This document shows, one piece after another, positions 1 through 15,000 of a DNA stretch of 64,000 nt. Every line of letters starts with the position of its first letter. The stretch's first letter is position 1. The DNA comes from Tubulanus polymorphus (taxonomy: Eukaryota > Animalia > Nemertea). The notes below the pieces were generated by a model that was not told where the DNA came from, made no database searches, and worked only from the letters and a program-made list of their open reading frames with translations. The DNA lies in contig NC_134031.1 of NCBI RefSeq assembly GCF_964204645.1, positions 868,001-932,000 on the forward strand. The letters run 5' to 3'. The position numbers were made by a program, and so were the translations under genes.

Positions 1-3000
1 GGAACGTACTGTCATCGAGGACCGAATTATGCTAAATGCTGTCGTGAAAGTATGTCATCATGTATGTGTCTAAATCAACCGCTGGTTTGTTGTTTTTTGT
101 TCAAAATTTTGTTTCATCAATTTCTTTAATCATTTTCGTCGTTTTATTTTTTCGAACGTTTTATTTCTCAAACAGGAAATCTCTTCATTGTATTACATAG
201 AATCCTTACACTAAGAATCATGAGTCTGAAGTGTTCCATCGAGTGAATTAATGCGGGTTGTAATTCGAGGAAAAATAAAAATATTAATATCAACGTTTTG
301 ACCAAATCTTGATACTCATCTTCAGGAATACATGTACTGTTTGTTGAAATAAAATAATAAGATAATTAGATCCAAAAGACATTATGTGCTTCATAATCTT
401 TTTGAAATTTTAATATTCCTGAAGAAGACTGTTAGGATAAAGTCGAAATGTTGAATTAGTCTAGTCTAGGTAATATTTCGGACTCTGTTTTATTCAAAGT
501 GTGCGATTTGATATCATCTTTAGACCACGGACTCAAATCGTTTCATCAATGTTTGCTCTTCATTCTGTGTCTTACGCCTTGTCTCCATCATTCATGTTAT
601 TTCACGTAGACTTTTAAAATCAAAAAATATTCGCATTATTTAATTAAAACACGCGACTATTTCTGTCACTTGTTTCACGGTTCGTGTATCATTTATTTCT
701 TCTGCATTTTTATGATTTTATTTTGATTGATATTGAATGAATTTTAATAATTTATTAATCCGAAATAATGTCACATTTTGCACATTCTCTTGCACTCGAC
801 CTTGAGTTTGTTAATGTTTGTGAAACCCTCGCGCACAAGTCTTAACCATTTATTGATGATGCACAGAAATAAATGTCATTGTGTGGTTTTAAAAATTAGA
901 CAAATCTCTTATGATATAATGATTATGTAAATCTAGTATACGAAAGCCTTTGGGTTTATTTGAATATCGATTCTACACGAAATTAGAATTAGAAATTTCA
1001 AAATGATAATCCGTTATTTCTAATTTTCAGACGAACCGACGAAGACTTGTGAAGACAGTAAATACGGCTGTTGTCCGGATAAACTAACCCCAGCGCCCGG
1101 AATAAACGGCGCCGGTTGCCCGAGTAAGTCTCACTTAATCCTGAAACAGCTCTCTCAGACCCTAAAAAATTAAATCTCGAGAGTTTAAGAACTAACGTTT
1201 CCGAGTAGGTATCTGGAAATGAATGAACTCGTCCGCTTACCTTTGAGGTCAAGGTCAAACTTATCCACATACATTTTCATTTTTCACCTATTTCAGGAAT
1301 GAATCGAATTGTTTTTTTTTCGCTTCGTGCAAATAGTTCTAGTTTTTTTGTTAAGATAAACAGGAGTGCTTTTTATTTTTAATGGATTTTATCCTATAAT
1401 ACATGCTGCATGTCAGTAATAGTTGCTGATTAGTTTATTTCATTTTCGTTTTATCAAATTATTGCTGCATCTTGCTCGATTATAACAAATATATTTCACC
1501 AACAATCACCAGAACTCAGTTCCCCATTTCTGGGTTGAATTTGACTCTGGAGTCGAATCCGAAAAACACAAGGCGAACATTTTAGATCCAGTTTTTGTTA
1601 TACAAAAAAATATTGTTGACATATTTTGGCGGTAATCCATGTTCCTTCATCAGAATAAATGATTGCCGTTTTGTTTACTATTGACACTCGTGACTTTTTC
1701 ATTGAATAAGTTAATTTTCAATAAGTTTGAGTCAAATTTAACCAGAAAATTGGGAACTGGGTCCCGGCTATATATAAGTATATCGATTTTTAATTATTTC
1801 TCTATGAACTATACAGACGTGTGCCATTGTAATAAACTTGGATCGTTAAGAAACGTGTGCGTCCCGAGCACGAGACAATGTCACTGTAAACCAGGTGTCG
1901 GCGGTAAACAGTGTAACCGATGTAAAGTGCAATATTGGGGCATGCATAAAATAGCCGAGGGCAACAGTGGATGTATCCGTAAGTATCAGTGACCTCTTCT
2001 CAATATATTGTATCTTTATCTTAAAACGTGTAAGCGCGTAGTGCTGTGTTATAGGTTAAGTTGATTAATCAGAAATCTCGAAGAATTTGAGAATCAGTTC
2101 AGACAATCAAACATGTTTAACACTCATTTAGCTGATGAAGCTACATGTACGAATAGCTTCCAGTAGCGAAAGCTCGTAATTTCTAGATAGAATCGTCAAC
2201 CTTTAAACTACAGCCAGTTTTTGATGTGATTTGATACCAGGTTATCCGGGCTCCTCTAAAGCTTTTCTCGATATCATTGATCTCTTCGGCTGAATTTTTT
2301 ATCTAGGCCAGTTTGAGTACTAACCTCGGTTCTTAAACAGTTAACTCGATATTTCCTCATTAATTAAGGTATTATGTTTTGCAGCCTGTAATTGTAACAT
2401 GTTCGGATCAGTTAGAGATGACTGTGAACAGATGACTGGTAGATGTATGTGCAAGAAGAACATACACGGAATGAAATGTAACCGTTGTCCGGACGGGACG
2501 ATTCTCGGTCCTGGAGGCTGCAGCTCTGGTATGTCATTTTTCCTTCGTAAAATTTTTCCCGGTTTGAATTTCTCCTGAAACATACAAAAAAAAGGCAAAA
2601 ATGAGAATAACCCGAGGTCTTGAAAATGCCTATAGGATTTGGACAGATATTTTCATACATGTATATAATACTTTTGTCAGATCTTCAGTCTAAACTCGGT
2701 AAGTTTAAATCGATTCACGGGGAATTATCATTAGCTTAATATCATATTACACGACTGTGTTAGAAACAGAAATATCACGAATCATTGACAGGATCTAGTT
2801 TCACAGTCACGAGTGAACACACTCGACGTCAATATTTCTTGTTATTGAATGTTTACGATAGATTCAGATATTTGTCATCCGAATCAGTTCCGCGAATGAA
2901 TAATTGGATCACGTGACTAAAGAGCGACCTCTATCGACGCTTTTTTGCATCAAAATAGGAAAAATGGATTTGAAAGATTTCAAGTTAATTGCTATACTGT

Positions 3001-6000
3001 GTAATTAGATCCTGATTCCTATCATTAGAGATATTACATAGAGTTTAATTTTTGACTAACGTATTCAATTTTTTTTTAAATGATCAACATAGATTCGTGT
3101 ATAGACCTCACATCTCATGCACTGACACAAAAACAGTCGTCTGTCTAAAGAGCACGATATTCCGAAAATGGTGTCGGTTGTTTTTAAGGTGGTGGAATAA
3201 TGAATATATTTGCAACTTGGCGATGCTCATAATTTCATTTTCAACGTTTTATTTTGAATTTTATAAGGATTCAATTTTCATCGATTAAGATATTTTCTGT
3301 AGCATCAGAAATGTGCATTTATATACGTATTGAATCTGATAGGTAAACGGAGTTTTGAAGTTGAGCCGTAACGAGAATGAATTCAACCGTACATAGAACA
3401 CCATGAATAAATTCACAATTCATTCAGAGTAATTTCAACTATCTACATATCTATATATTTGTTAATAGACAGATGTTTATTTGTAAAACCGCGATCACAT
3501 GCCAAGTGCTTGATCAAGTGTTTGACCTGAGCTAGGTATTTTGGACTGGGCCTAATTGTAGCACGGTCAAATTATTTCGACTGGTTCCGGAAGTGACTCG
3601 CCTCGCTTGCAACAGCACCGTTTTGATAGCATTTTAGCAAGGAGTGATTGTTACGTGTGAACACGCTCTTTTATAAAGTACAGGCTAAATTTGACTCAGG
3701 TCTGATCCGGGCAAAAACGTCTCCATGTGATCAATTTGACTTGGGTCCAAGTCCGGACCAGTTTGACCAGTTCACGTGTGATCGCGGTAAATTCATGTAC
3801 CTATGTTTCACGCACATTTCTGTGATCAGTGTTAGAGGAAAGATCACGCATTCTCCTTTCATTCTTTTCTTCCTCTTCATTTTTCTCACATCGTTTGTAG
3901 GTCCCTCACCTGTCACGTGCCATAAAGTACAGTGTTTCCATGGCAGCAAATGCCAAGTAGAAAACGGACGCGCCAAATGTTTATGTTTGTTTGAATGTGA
4001 TGACCGCGAGGGGGCGCTCGTTTGCGGGTCGAATAAGGAGACGTATGGCGGACTGTGTAGTCTCCAGTTCGAGGCTTGCCGTCTGCAAGAGGAGATAACC
4101 GTTGAGCATTATGGCGCTTGTTCAGGTAAATTTGAAAACAGCTCTAAAATGATTGTTTGGAGGTTTCGGTCATTCAGACCATAAAACTGTTAGGGAATTT
4201 ACCAGGGCTGTTCTTATAGACCGTTTATTGGAACCAGTTCTACAGTAGTTGATAAATTTGACTGTAGACTGTTGAGATCAATGTTTCAACCCGACGTCAA
4301 ATCTAAATCGAGAAACGTAGAGCTGGTTCCAGACCACCAGTGCCCATTCTCCCGAAACATCGAGTTGGGTTCGAATCCCCCGTAATGAGAATTTATTTTT
4401 GATGGAGTATTAATTACGAGCTGTCTGTTAAACCATGCTGGCTGTGTAGGTATGTTTACTATTTGGCGCAAACGTAAGTATAGAGAAGAAATGGTAGCAA
4501 TTTTTAAGTGAATTAGGTATATGTGTTCATTGATACTGGACCTAATAAATACATGAACTAACACAAAAATTAAATGAAAAACACGTAATTAAAAGTTGCT
4601 ATCGTAAACAGAAATATTCAAGAAAACTTTTTCATTCAATCGATGTTTTTCAGGATTATCATCACAACGCATCAATATAATAAATTCTCTATATGGTAAT
4701 TTTTGATATTTTTACAAATTAATGTATTTTATCATCATTTTATTCACCCGAAGTTCAATCAATTTCGAATCGCGAAGTGTGACAGTGTTTGAACGTATGG
4801 ATGAGAGTGAAGTGTGAATTCGGAATCTTGTTGCTACAAAATCTTAGCTTTACAACAAGATCATCACTCTGCTATTTTTCAATTTTCAATATTTCATTAT
4901 TTCATCGTTATTGAATTCTAATATAAACATTAGTCAAACAAAGGAAAGTTATAATCTTTTATTTCAGAAAATTTTCTTGAATCCAGGAAGCACTTCCTGC
5001 ATGTACACAAATATTTTGAATGATGTTTTTGTTCCGAAAAAAATCTATTACAAAAAATAAAAGTCTCCTCCATATCCAATTCAAAGGAATAAACTAGGAA
5101 ATAAGATTATACCAAAAACTCGAGGATTTCAACTTTTCATATACACTTAAAAGTAACTAGAATAGCAACTAGCAATTCTAATATCATTCTAGTAAAATCA
5201 ACAAAACCGTAAGCCGCAGCTTCTGTGTATTTCGAGTATTGAATGATGAACTTTTTGCACTTTACAGATAAATACTATGGACCGACTCCATCTCCGTCGA
5301 GATCGCGTAAAACAACCAGACATATTCATATATCAGCTCCTAAAACAACCCGACATGTCCTAACACCAACAGAAAAACCAAAATCGCGTAAGTGTCTTGA
5401 ATCTCTATTTCAAAAATATTCAATATAATTTACTTGTTAATTAGATATTTTGTTTTAAGAAGGTTTTTTTGCCCGCATGTTAATTTTACTTTTTGGGTTA
5501 ATCGAGAAATAGAATTTTAGGCGGATTCATTTTAGAGAATATATTTTTCATGTTGTCGTGAATCGTCATTTAAATGGATACGGATCCTTTTCTATAATTG
5601 AACGGCATGAGAAGCTGCTGTGCGGCGCATCTCTTCCAGCTCTTGTATTCGTAATGTTGTAATTTTCACTGATTTACAGCCGCCTGTCGCCTGCCGCCAC
5701 CAACCGTCGTTTCAGTTTAACCGAAAATATTTTCAAAATTTGAAAATTGCCTGCTGTATATGTATATGTTGTTGTGTTTGTCTTGTCGTAGATAAAAAAC
5801 GAAAATGGAAAGGTAAAAAGAAGAAAGGCGGTAAAGTAATTAGTGATCGGCTCCAGGGGGATGAGGGTATGTAAGGCGTTGAACGATTGATCACTAGCAC
5901 TGTAAACAGTAAACTGCCTTCTACCTCCACGCTTTCCTTAACCATCAACAACATTATGTATTCAGTTGAAAATTTCATAGCGTTTCGACGGCGAAAAAAT

Positions 6001-9000
6001 GCCTCATTTGCATATGCAAATGCGGCGAGAATTTTATCGATTGTGAGGTCTTTGTTTTTGCAACAAGTGCAGGAGGCTTGCAAAACATTACATAAAAGAT
6101 AGAGGGACCCGCGTCAAAATTTCTTGGTTAAATTTGACCATGCAAAAGTTTTAAATGCTGCAATAGCATTATCTTGACTCAGAGTCAACTCTTAACACGA
6201 TTAGGGAACCGGGTCCAGGAGAATTACATCAAATATGCCGTCGGTGACATGAAAAGGCACAGAGCTGCCAGACCTGGATAATATGTTTCAACGCTATCAA
6301 ATTTTCACGTACCTCTCAGTTTGGAGAAAACCTAGAAAACCAAATCGGGTTTCGTGTTTAGAACCGTGTGCATTTTTAACGAGGGAAATGGCTCGATTAT
6401 ATTCCGGTTAGCACCATTAGATACTAACGACATTTATTTCAGAACGAGGTGAGATAACACGCACTTCCAATGAAACATTCATGGACATTTTAATGGCCTA
6501 TGGGTGTAGTTTCGTGAAATGGTTTAATCAGGGGCGGATCCAGGGGCATGTTGTGACCATGTCGACCAATAAAAAGGGCATACATTCTTAATTTAGGGTG
6601 GAAAGGCATATCAGCAAAATTTTTGAAATTTTACTATCATTTTAGAGCTTTCTGAGCATCTATGAGAGGCATTTAGTCAAGAAACATAAGTTACATATTT
6701 AGGAAAAATAACTTATGTGTATCTCACGAGGTTACAACGGCTAATTTTCATACAGAGAAAAAATTAAAGGGCACTTTAAAATTCCGACCGTGTCGGGCGG
6801 CACGGTCGACACGGTCTGATCCGCCCCTGGTTTAATTGCGGCCGTCTCTGACAATATGAAGTACCAAAAAGCAATAAAATTTCGCGAAGCTTCACCCTGA
6901 GCGCCGTTTACTCGACTGTGGTCACAAATTGATAAAATTTGGTACAATAGTTACAACAAGGAGCACGGTATTTTGAGAAACTGGGCTGAACTTTCAAAGT
7001 CTTAAATTGGACCCGAAAACTGTTCCAGATTTTTGAAAATGCAGCCCAGGATTTCGTAGTACAATTCCCAAACCCTGTTGCCGGTAGCAACTCCCGATAA
7101 CCATCATTACTGTAGCAACTAACAACCACATGTTAGTTTTCCGTTTATAGAGGGCACTCTCTTTACAATCAGACTGGAATGAATTATTCAAAATGCGTTC
7201 GGTATTTCTTAAAGAAATTTGTGACGAAAACACGAAAAGCGCTTCTCTAAAAACGGTTTATGTTTTATTCCTTATTTTTATCCGGTGATTGGGAAAATTT
7301 ACATTCCTTACGTTAGAATGTAGTTTATATTAGCAATAAAACTTCATTTGCAACGTCAGAGTTATCGGAATCATTGTCATATCGTTGATGAGAATTAATT
7401 CCCTCTTTTCTGCGATCTCCGATCTTATTAACGGATTATTTCACATAAAGATCCCTGAATCTACCGAACTCTACAGTAAGAAATGCTCAATTTTTGGATA
7501 GCTGATGGGACAGAATCTGACCGTACGCTTTGAGAGCGATATCTCAGTTGACAAACATGTGCGAATGCAAAGTTGCAAATCGACATTTTTTGCGACAGAA
7601 AATAAGAGCGATTCGCGGTTGTCCAGCTGGTGGCGCCGCCGTTGAGCTCATTGGCAACCAACCAGTCAGAACCGTGGAGGCACCTCAGACATAAAGTTAA
7701 CATTCAACATCTAATCAGTTAATCTCCCTGAGTTAAACAGTTATCTCTTGGGACTTGGGCAGAGTCTACTGTATTTCGATAAGACGTAGGGTATTGATTG
7801 TGAATTATGACGATAAGATCAATGTCTACGATCGAAAAGTTTATTTCCGATAACTCACGCATGCAAGGCATCCAACCCTACCTACCCGACCCCGCATAAC
7901 ATCATGTATATAATATTACTCTTAAAAATCATGTTTAATTCTAACAGGAAAAGTTGGTGGCTCGTGTTTAGTCAACGACGATTGTTTAGCTCCAAATACT
8001 CATTGTAAATGGGGTCGTTGCGAATGTAACGGAGATTACTTCAAATCGACTGATTTAAGATTCTGCTATCCCGGTAAACATATCTGATCTCCTATCGTCA
8101 CTCGTGTCGATACCGAGCGGTCTCAACGCAGACTATTCTCTCTCCTGCGATATTGAGGCAGTAATTACAGGGCGTTTGAGGCCGCGATGTATCGAATGAA
8201 AACATCTACAATCAATATCGGTCGTAAAATCTTAATTCTGGCTCCCAGGTTATGATTTGATTCGAGAGCAGTTAGAAAACTGAAAATGAACTTCACACTT
8301 AAACTCGACTGAACTGGGAATTCCATATTTGCGGAACGGGACCCTAATTTTCATATCGGGTACTATTCAATTAGATTCACACAAATTGGCAGAATAGACA
8401 GCACGGTCTTGTGTCGTAATGATGATGTATTTACTATGTCGTGCAATGAAACGATAAATAGTGAATACAGTGGCGCTGACTGACAGACGGACAACAGACT
8501 GATCATTTTATTGCATGTTAAAACATCAAACAGTTTTTATGATCGATGATTTCTATTTGTATGATTTGAATGATATCTGTCTGTTATTTTTTACTGATAT
8601 GATTGACACCGACTTTGATTATTTAATCACGTGACGTTGAGATATCGAATATTTTGTCTGTGATCGATTTGATGAATTTCAACATCGCAAAAACATTGTT
8701 TCATAGTGTGTTACGAATTTATCAATCGTAAACATTGAGCCGGATGCGACTTTCTGATCTAACATTACAAATTACAGATCAAACACGTAGTCAACTTCAA
8801 ATATCACGTGGAAATAAAAGACTTAATTCGAAAGGCCTCAATAAATCACATTTTATGCCCCCCACGGCGCTTCCGTAGCGAAGGACCGATATTGATTGTA
8901 GATACTATTGGCTATTCCACGGAGATTCTTTGCTGCATCGTCAACTCCTAAAACGCTTTATTACTGACACATTATATTTTAGATGTTTAACACATTATTG

Positions 9001-12000
9001 TTATTGTATATTTACGGTTGCACTTTGTGTGAGTTTTCATTTTACATGTAATATATCATCATTTAACGTGTATTGGGTGTAAATTGTAAAAATGGTTGCT
9101 GTTTCAGTCGGCGTGTATCACATCTTAAAGTAAAAAAAAACTTCTTGAACTTGTTTTCTGATTTCCGTGTCACTGAGTATCACTATTTAAACATTGATGT
9201 GCCTTTTTTTGTTCTGCATACTGAATAAATCGACAAACGGTATAATCTGAATGTTGGGCAATCTACTCTGTGCGGGGGAGTTACGTTTGTCATAAATTCA
9301 ATGAAATGTGATTTCTAATTTTGATTTCTCTCTGCGCATGAGTTGTTTCTTTAGTCACGTGTATCTTGTTATCACAGCAACCTGACATGACTGATGTCAC
9401 TTCCGGTGTCCTTGACACTTCTATCCCATGACGTAACGCATGCATGAAGGTTTCCACTTATATTCTGTTTAAGAATTCTAATTAAGAAACATATTTTATA
9501 TTGTAGCTGCAGCGGTGAAAGTTCCTCAGTTCTCTGGCTCTAGTTTCATGGAGTTGACAATGATGCCGATGCCTAATCGTGACATCGAAGTTCAGATGGA
9601 ATTTCGCTCGTTGAATAACGATGGAATACTGTTATATTGCGGTAAAATGGCGAACGGTCGAGGAGATTTTATATCACTGGCAGTACGAAACGGTTATGTA
9701 GAATTCAGGTATAAACCGCCGTCCTTATCCGGACACTAGTGAAATTCCCTGCACTAAGCACATTACTTATATGTATATATCAGACCCTGTAGTTTATGTC
9801 AATTGATTCGTTGTATAATAATTCCTACATTCAAAGAAACACTTTGCTCTTATTTCTATGAGCCATTTACACATTAAAGGGAATGGCTCGTAGCATTTGA
9901 GTTAAAATCTCTAAATCCTCGTACAATTTTATTCTTCTACTAATAAAGACAGCCACGTCTTGTCAATGAAAACCAACAGAAGAGTTGTTTTCGTTGATTC
10001 GTTATGAAACTTGTTACATATATTACCTGGTATGATTATTTCAGATTCAATTTGGGAACAGGGGCAGCCGTGATAATCAGCCAAAATAGAATAATACTGA
10101 ATCACTATCATCGTATACTCGCAAAACGACACGGACAAACCGGAAGTTTACAGTTAGACGATGACCTTGAGAAGACGGGACAAAGTCAAGGCAGTGCCCT
10201 CTCGATGAACATCGAGGAACCATTTTATATGGGTTTCGTTCCTAACGCGACAGACAGGTATGTATGTATAAAAATTGATTTGGTCATTTAATTTTCGAAG
10301 AATCCGTTAAGATGTCAGTTTGTTTTCTGTTATTTTGATAGGATTATGGGCGATATTGGAGTCAGTGTTGGTTTAGTCGGATGTATACAGAGTTTAACGG
10401 TTTCAAGTCGTAAAGGATCGAAATCTTATAATTTCTACTATCCGGGATCCCCTGACGTCATTAAAGCCCATAAAATAGGTAGGTATCAGCGGTGGCGGCA
10501 CTAGTGAAGCTATGATATCCTCCTCACGTGTGCTGATTGGTATCACGTCATCTTAATCAGATAAAACCTGCAACAGAATTCAACATTTCCCTAATCCGTT
10601 AATAACCGAATACTGCTTATAACATCTCTTTTGATTGCTTCACTTTCCGACCTGTAACAACCTGTTATTAACTAATAACTACCTTTACCCGCTGATAATT
10701 CGGATAATATCCCCGCAAGTTAATTCTGGGTTGTAAAAATGCTGACACTTGCTGAAAGTCATTAATTTGTAACCAAGGATCCAGTTCTACAGTTTGAGTT
10801 TTAAGTTTAATTCTTAGGAGGGAAACTGCTTGGTATACTGGCACGACTATGGAACTGACTCAGTCGTACTGTCGAGATTTGACTCTAAAAGTGGTCTTAA
10901 AGTCTGGTCTTAAGTTGTCAGATAAGCTATAGAACTGAGTTGGTCCTAGACCGGTCTTAGACATTACTGTGTTACTGGATCCAGGTTTATTACCTGCACT
11001 GCTTTATTTCTCTCCTGCTGCGTTTCTAACCAATGAGTTATATATTAATGCATCTATGAATTCTATCGCGTTCAATAATTTACTAAATTTACGAATAAAG
11101 ATTGAGATAATCTCCTGATTGAGCCTAAAACGCGTTATTGGTCACGATAGATTATTTACGATTAGTCCGAATCCGGAGAATTACCGATAAGAATCCAGAG
11201 CTCAGATCCACGGTTATCAAACAGTTAGGATTTGACTCGAGGGTTTAAACATCTGTGGAACTGGGCCCTGAACCAACGCCCAAACTCGAACGCGATAGAA
11301 TACGTGAATTTATTTATATACTGATATCATCATTACTATTATCATCATAATAATCATTATGAAACCGAGCACGCATTAACCCTTTGCTCCTCACTCCCTC
11401 TCACGCAGCGGAATGTGGACATACTCCATGCAGTAGTTTACCCTGTCAAAATGGCGGACTATGTCTAGTTATTGATACTGATACATTTGAATGCATCTGC
11501 GATCAAAACTTCGAAGGTACGTGTATGTTATATGTGTGGACTACTATCACGTGACGTGGCGAGTTTTTGTCATGGTAAAGGTCGCCATTAAGTAACTTAA
11601 ATCGAATTTAGTGGAATTTCAGTGGAACTTAACAAAACTGGCTATACTCTAAATTCTAAATGAGTTCATATAGAGTCATGGTTTATCTGTAGATGGTAAA
11701 CACTGAAGACGGTAACTTCATCAGGTAATGACTCACTCATTTACCTGATGAATCTACCATCTTGGAGTAATCATTGTCAAATGATTACTCAAAGCTACTA
11801 TGAAGCTACAACGTACTATAAGCACGTGGTGCTTGTTATGTCTAAAACAAGTCAGTAAACCTGACTTCCAGGTCTTAATCGTGTTTACTGATTTGACACC
11901 TGGGTCTAGTTCCACAGTTCTGAGTTAAGATTTGACTCAAAGTTTACTCATTGAAAATGAACAAACTTTAACTCTAACTCGCAACCCGTGGATCTGGATC

Positions 12001-15000
12001 CTGGTTACTATGGCACATCTTCGACTATTTAGGCGTTTGAACATTTCTCCGGATGATATTAAAGAGTTTCCGTGTATGAATATTCCAGGTCCACTTTGCT
12101 CTAAAGGAGTTAATCCTTGTTCGACGAATCCGTGTCCAGTCGGCACAACGTGTGTCCTACAACCGAATAGTAAATTCGTTTGCAGACCAGGTAATAACAT
12201 AAAACACCGATTATAACGAGAAAATGAAGATAATCCAAGAAAAACTTGCCTCAAATCTTTTGTATGAATTTGTTTCTTCATTAGATAATTTGCAGTACGA
12301 TCGACATTTTATACCCGAATTTCACGGAGATTCCTACATCGAATATAAATATTCAGCCAGTGCCTATACGAATATCACTTTTGAAGTATGGTTCATATCT
12401 ACGCAACCAAATGGTAAGTATTATATAAAAACGAACAGATCTCGTGGAATGGAAACAAAAAATAGTTATTAGTAGAAGTCGATAATAGATCGATAAGATT
12501 AAAATCCACCATATGCAAAGTCAAAAGATTAAAAACGATATTCATTTTATCAGGAATCGAAATAGAAAATTAAACAGCACTATGTTTTGGGCTCTCTCCC
12601 TCTCCCTCTCTCTCTCTCTCTCTCTAGTTACCATCGTCAGGTGCGAAGAAAATAACGGGGTTTATAGTTAGACTGCCTCCAGAAGCAGTAACTAATATCC
12701 ACAAAATAAATAACATGGTTTGCGCCTGTTTTAACGAACCCCTTTTGGTTAGATAACTGACTATAATTTACTTTCAAAAGACTCGAAACGGAATGAAGTT
12801 GAAACGTATGATGTGCTGGTTTTGTTTTAGGTTTATTGTTATATAACGGTCAAGGAACAGAAGGAAGAGGAGATTTCATCTCATTAAACATCATTGATAG
12901 ATACATTCACTTTAGATTCAATTTAGGCAGTGGCGCGGCCGATATTGTGTAAGTACCCCCGCCGAATGGAATCAGTTGATATATCTAAAATGGGTTCAGT
13001 GGTTAGTATTAGTAGCAATTCATTTGCAAGGGAATCAAATTTGTTTTTTACATTAATTGTCATTCATTCCTCATAGTACAAACTCCTAGGTTTCATTAAG
13101 CATATAAAATATTTAAAAGGCAAAAAACCAAAATAACGTTGGAATTATTGGTTAAACTGAACCAAGTTCTGTTTAAAGTCGCCTGATTTCTTGTCCTAAT
13201 TTCGCACTCTATCTTTTAACAGGAGCGAAGAGAAAATCAAGTTAAATCACTGGTATAAAGTAACTGCTGAAAGACGTAGAAAGCACGGTTTCCTAATCAT
13301 CAATGGCGCCAACCCGATCAGGGGTAAAGCACCGGTACGTATATACACCAATAGGGGGCGATACTGTACGGCATTTCTATGACCTTCACCTCTAACGTAA
13401 CGGATATCTCTTCTATCTCTTTTATCGCTGGTCATACGTGTAAACGATATAAACCGTTATTTTCATCTAATAATTTGCATAATTTATGTGCGTTTCATAT
13501 TCAAATCTATATATGAGACTATGGTGTAATTCAATTTTAGGGTCATAAAATAAGACGTCATAGGGGCGCGTCTAAACGCAAGGTATCAATAAAATACTTG
13601 CTGCTTTGTATCTCCACCAATACGCTATACTGATTGATATCTATATAATCACGTGTCTTTCTTAAAAACCACCTCAGCTGCCAGAGTCGACTCTTCAACA
13701 AATCATCGTGCACCGATCAATTTCTATCTCGCCGCCATCTTTAAATTCTTCAGTTTTTGTCGTCATATTGATGTTGTTTTCATATAAACCGCCAGGGGTC
13801 ACTACGTTAGATACGGAAGCATCCCTGGGATTCTTTGATTGTTTAAAGAGATTTCAATATCTCAGAGTTACATTTGACTCTTGAGTTGAAATTGATTTGC
13901 AAATGTTTGAAATTTTCAGAACAAATCTCAGAATTTCTTGCTCTACCAATGAGTCCCTGGGGGAAGCTTCCATTGATATGTAAAAACCATCTTCTACTCC
14001 ACAAAACACATGTTAATTTCAGGTCGATTTTTGTTTTGACGATTCAAAGCTTGTCACACACCATATCTGCAAAATCCAATATGGAATTTTATTTAATTTT
14101 TCTAATTATACTATCGTACTAGGCACCGAGACAAGGCTTCATCTTAGATCGAAGTTTAGAGTATAGTTATTTCTGATATTATATTTTTTCAATGTTAGCA
14201 CACTACTTTATTATGTGTTTCACAATAGCTATTGTTTACATACGGGTGTGTGGACTGTATGCAAATCGGCGTTAAATTATGCAGAATACTATAGCAACAG
14301 TCACGCCCACCGCTAGTTCTAACAACTGAGCTCAGGTATTCGTGTACTATTTTGAAATTCCGGTCAGCCATTGATAAATATTTGGATATGAGAATTTAGT
14401 TATCTCTACCGGAGCCATCCCTCCCTCACTGGCGCTCACTCGCAATTATTCGGATGTTCGCTTGTTCGGATGTCCCCAGCTTGTGTATCTGCTATATTTC
14501 AGTTTTGGTTAAATTGATTGTTATTCTAATTTTTAGGGTGATTTGATCTCATTAAATCTCGATCAGCCGTTGTTGATTGGTGGATTCAGTGACGCTAGGA
14601 TCATTAACCCTTTGTCCGGTGTGACGACAGGCTTGCGAGGTGCTGTACAACGGGTAAGTTACAAAAACTTGGAGGGTCGTTTTATTCACTTCATAAGTGT
14701 TGGAAAACGCGGTGTACTAATATAGCGTAGTCAAGTCGAAAAAGCACTTTGCTCTCGAACCAAAAGGGCCAAATGAATGTTCTGAACGAGAGACTTATAT
14801 TAACATCTTATGCTCTTTATTTAAGTTGTTGATAAATGGTGAATATATCGAAAGATTGATGGAAACCGCTGTTTCCGTGCATAAGATAACGCCATACGAC
14901 GGTCCTCCCTGTGACAATAATCCTTGTCTTAATGGCGGAAAATGTTACGCAGTTTTCAACAGGGCCAAATGTGATTGTCCCCTGCAGTATGGTGGACGCC

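Noticed and set aside
8778-9432. Possible extra agrin exons (8778-8878; 9355-9405)
   Set aside because: Open in the right phase, but with weak or absent donors or in-frame stops and no recognisable motif; cannot be supported without RNA data.
11700-11770. ~30-bp imperfect palindrome containing ctgatgaa
   Set aside because: Lacks the GAAA half of a hammerhead core; treated as a repeat-derived hairpin.
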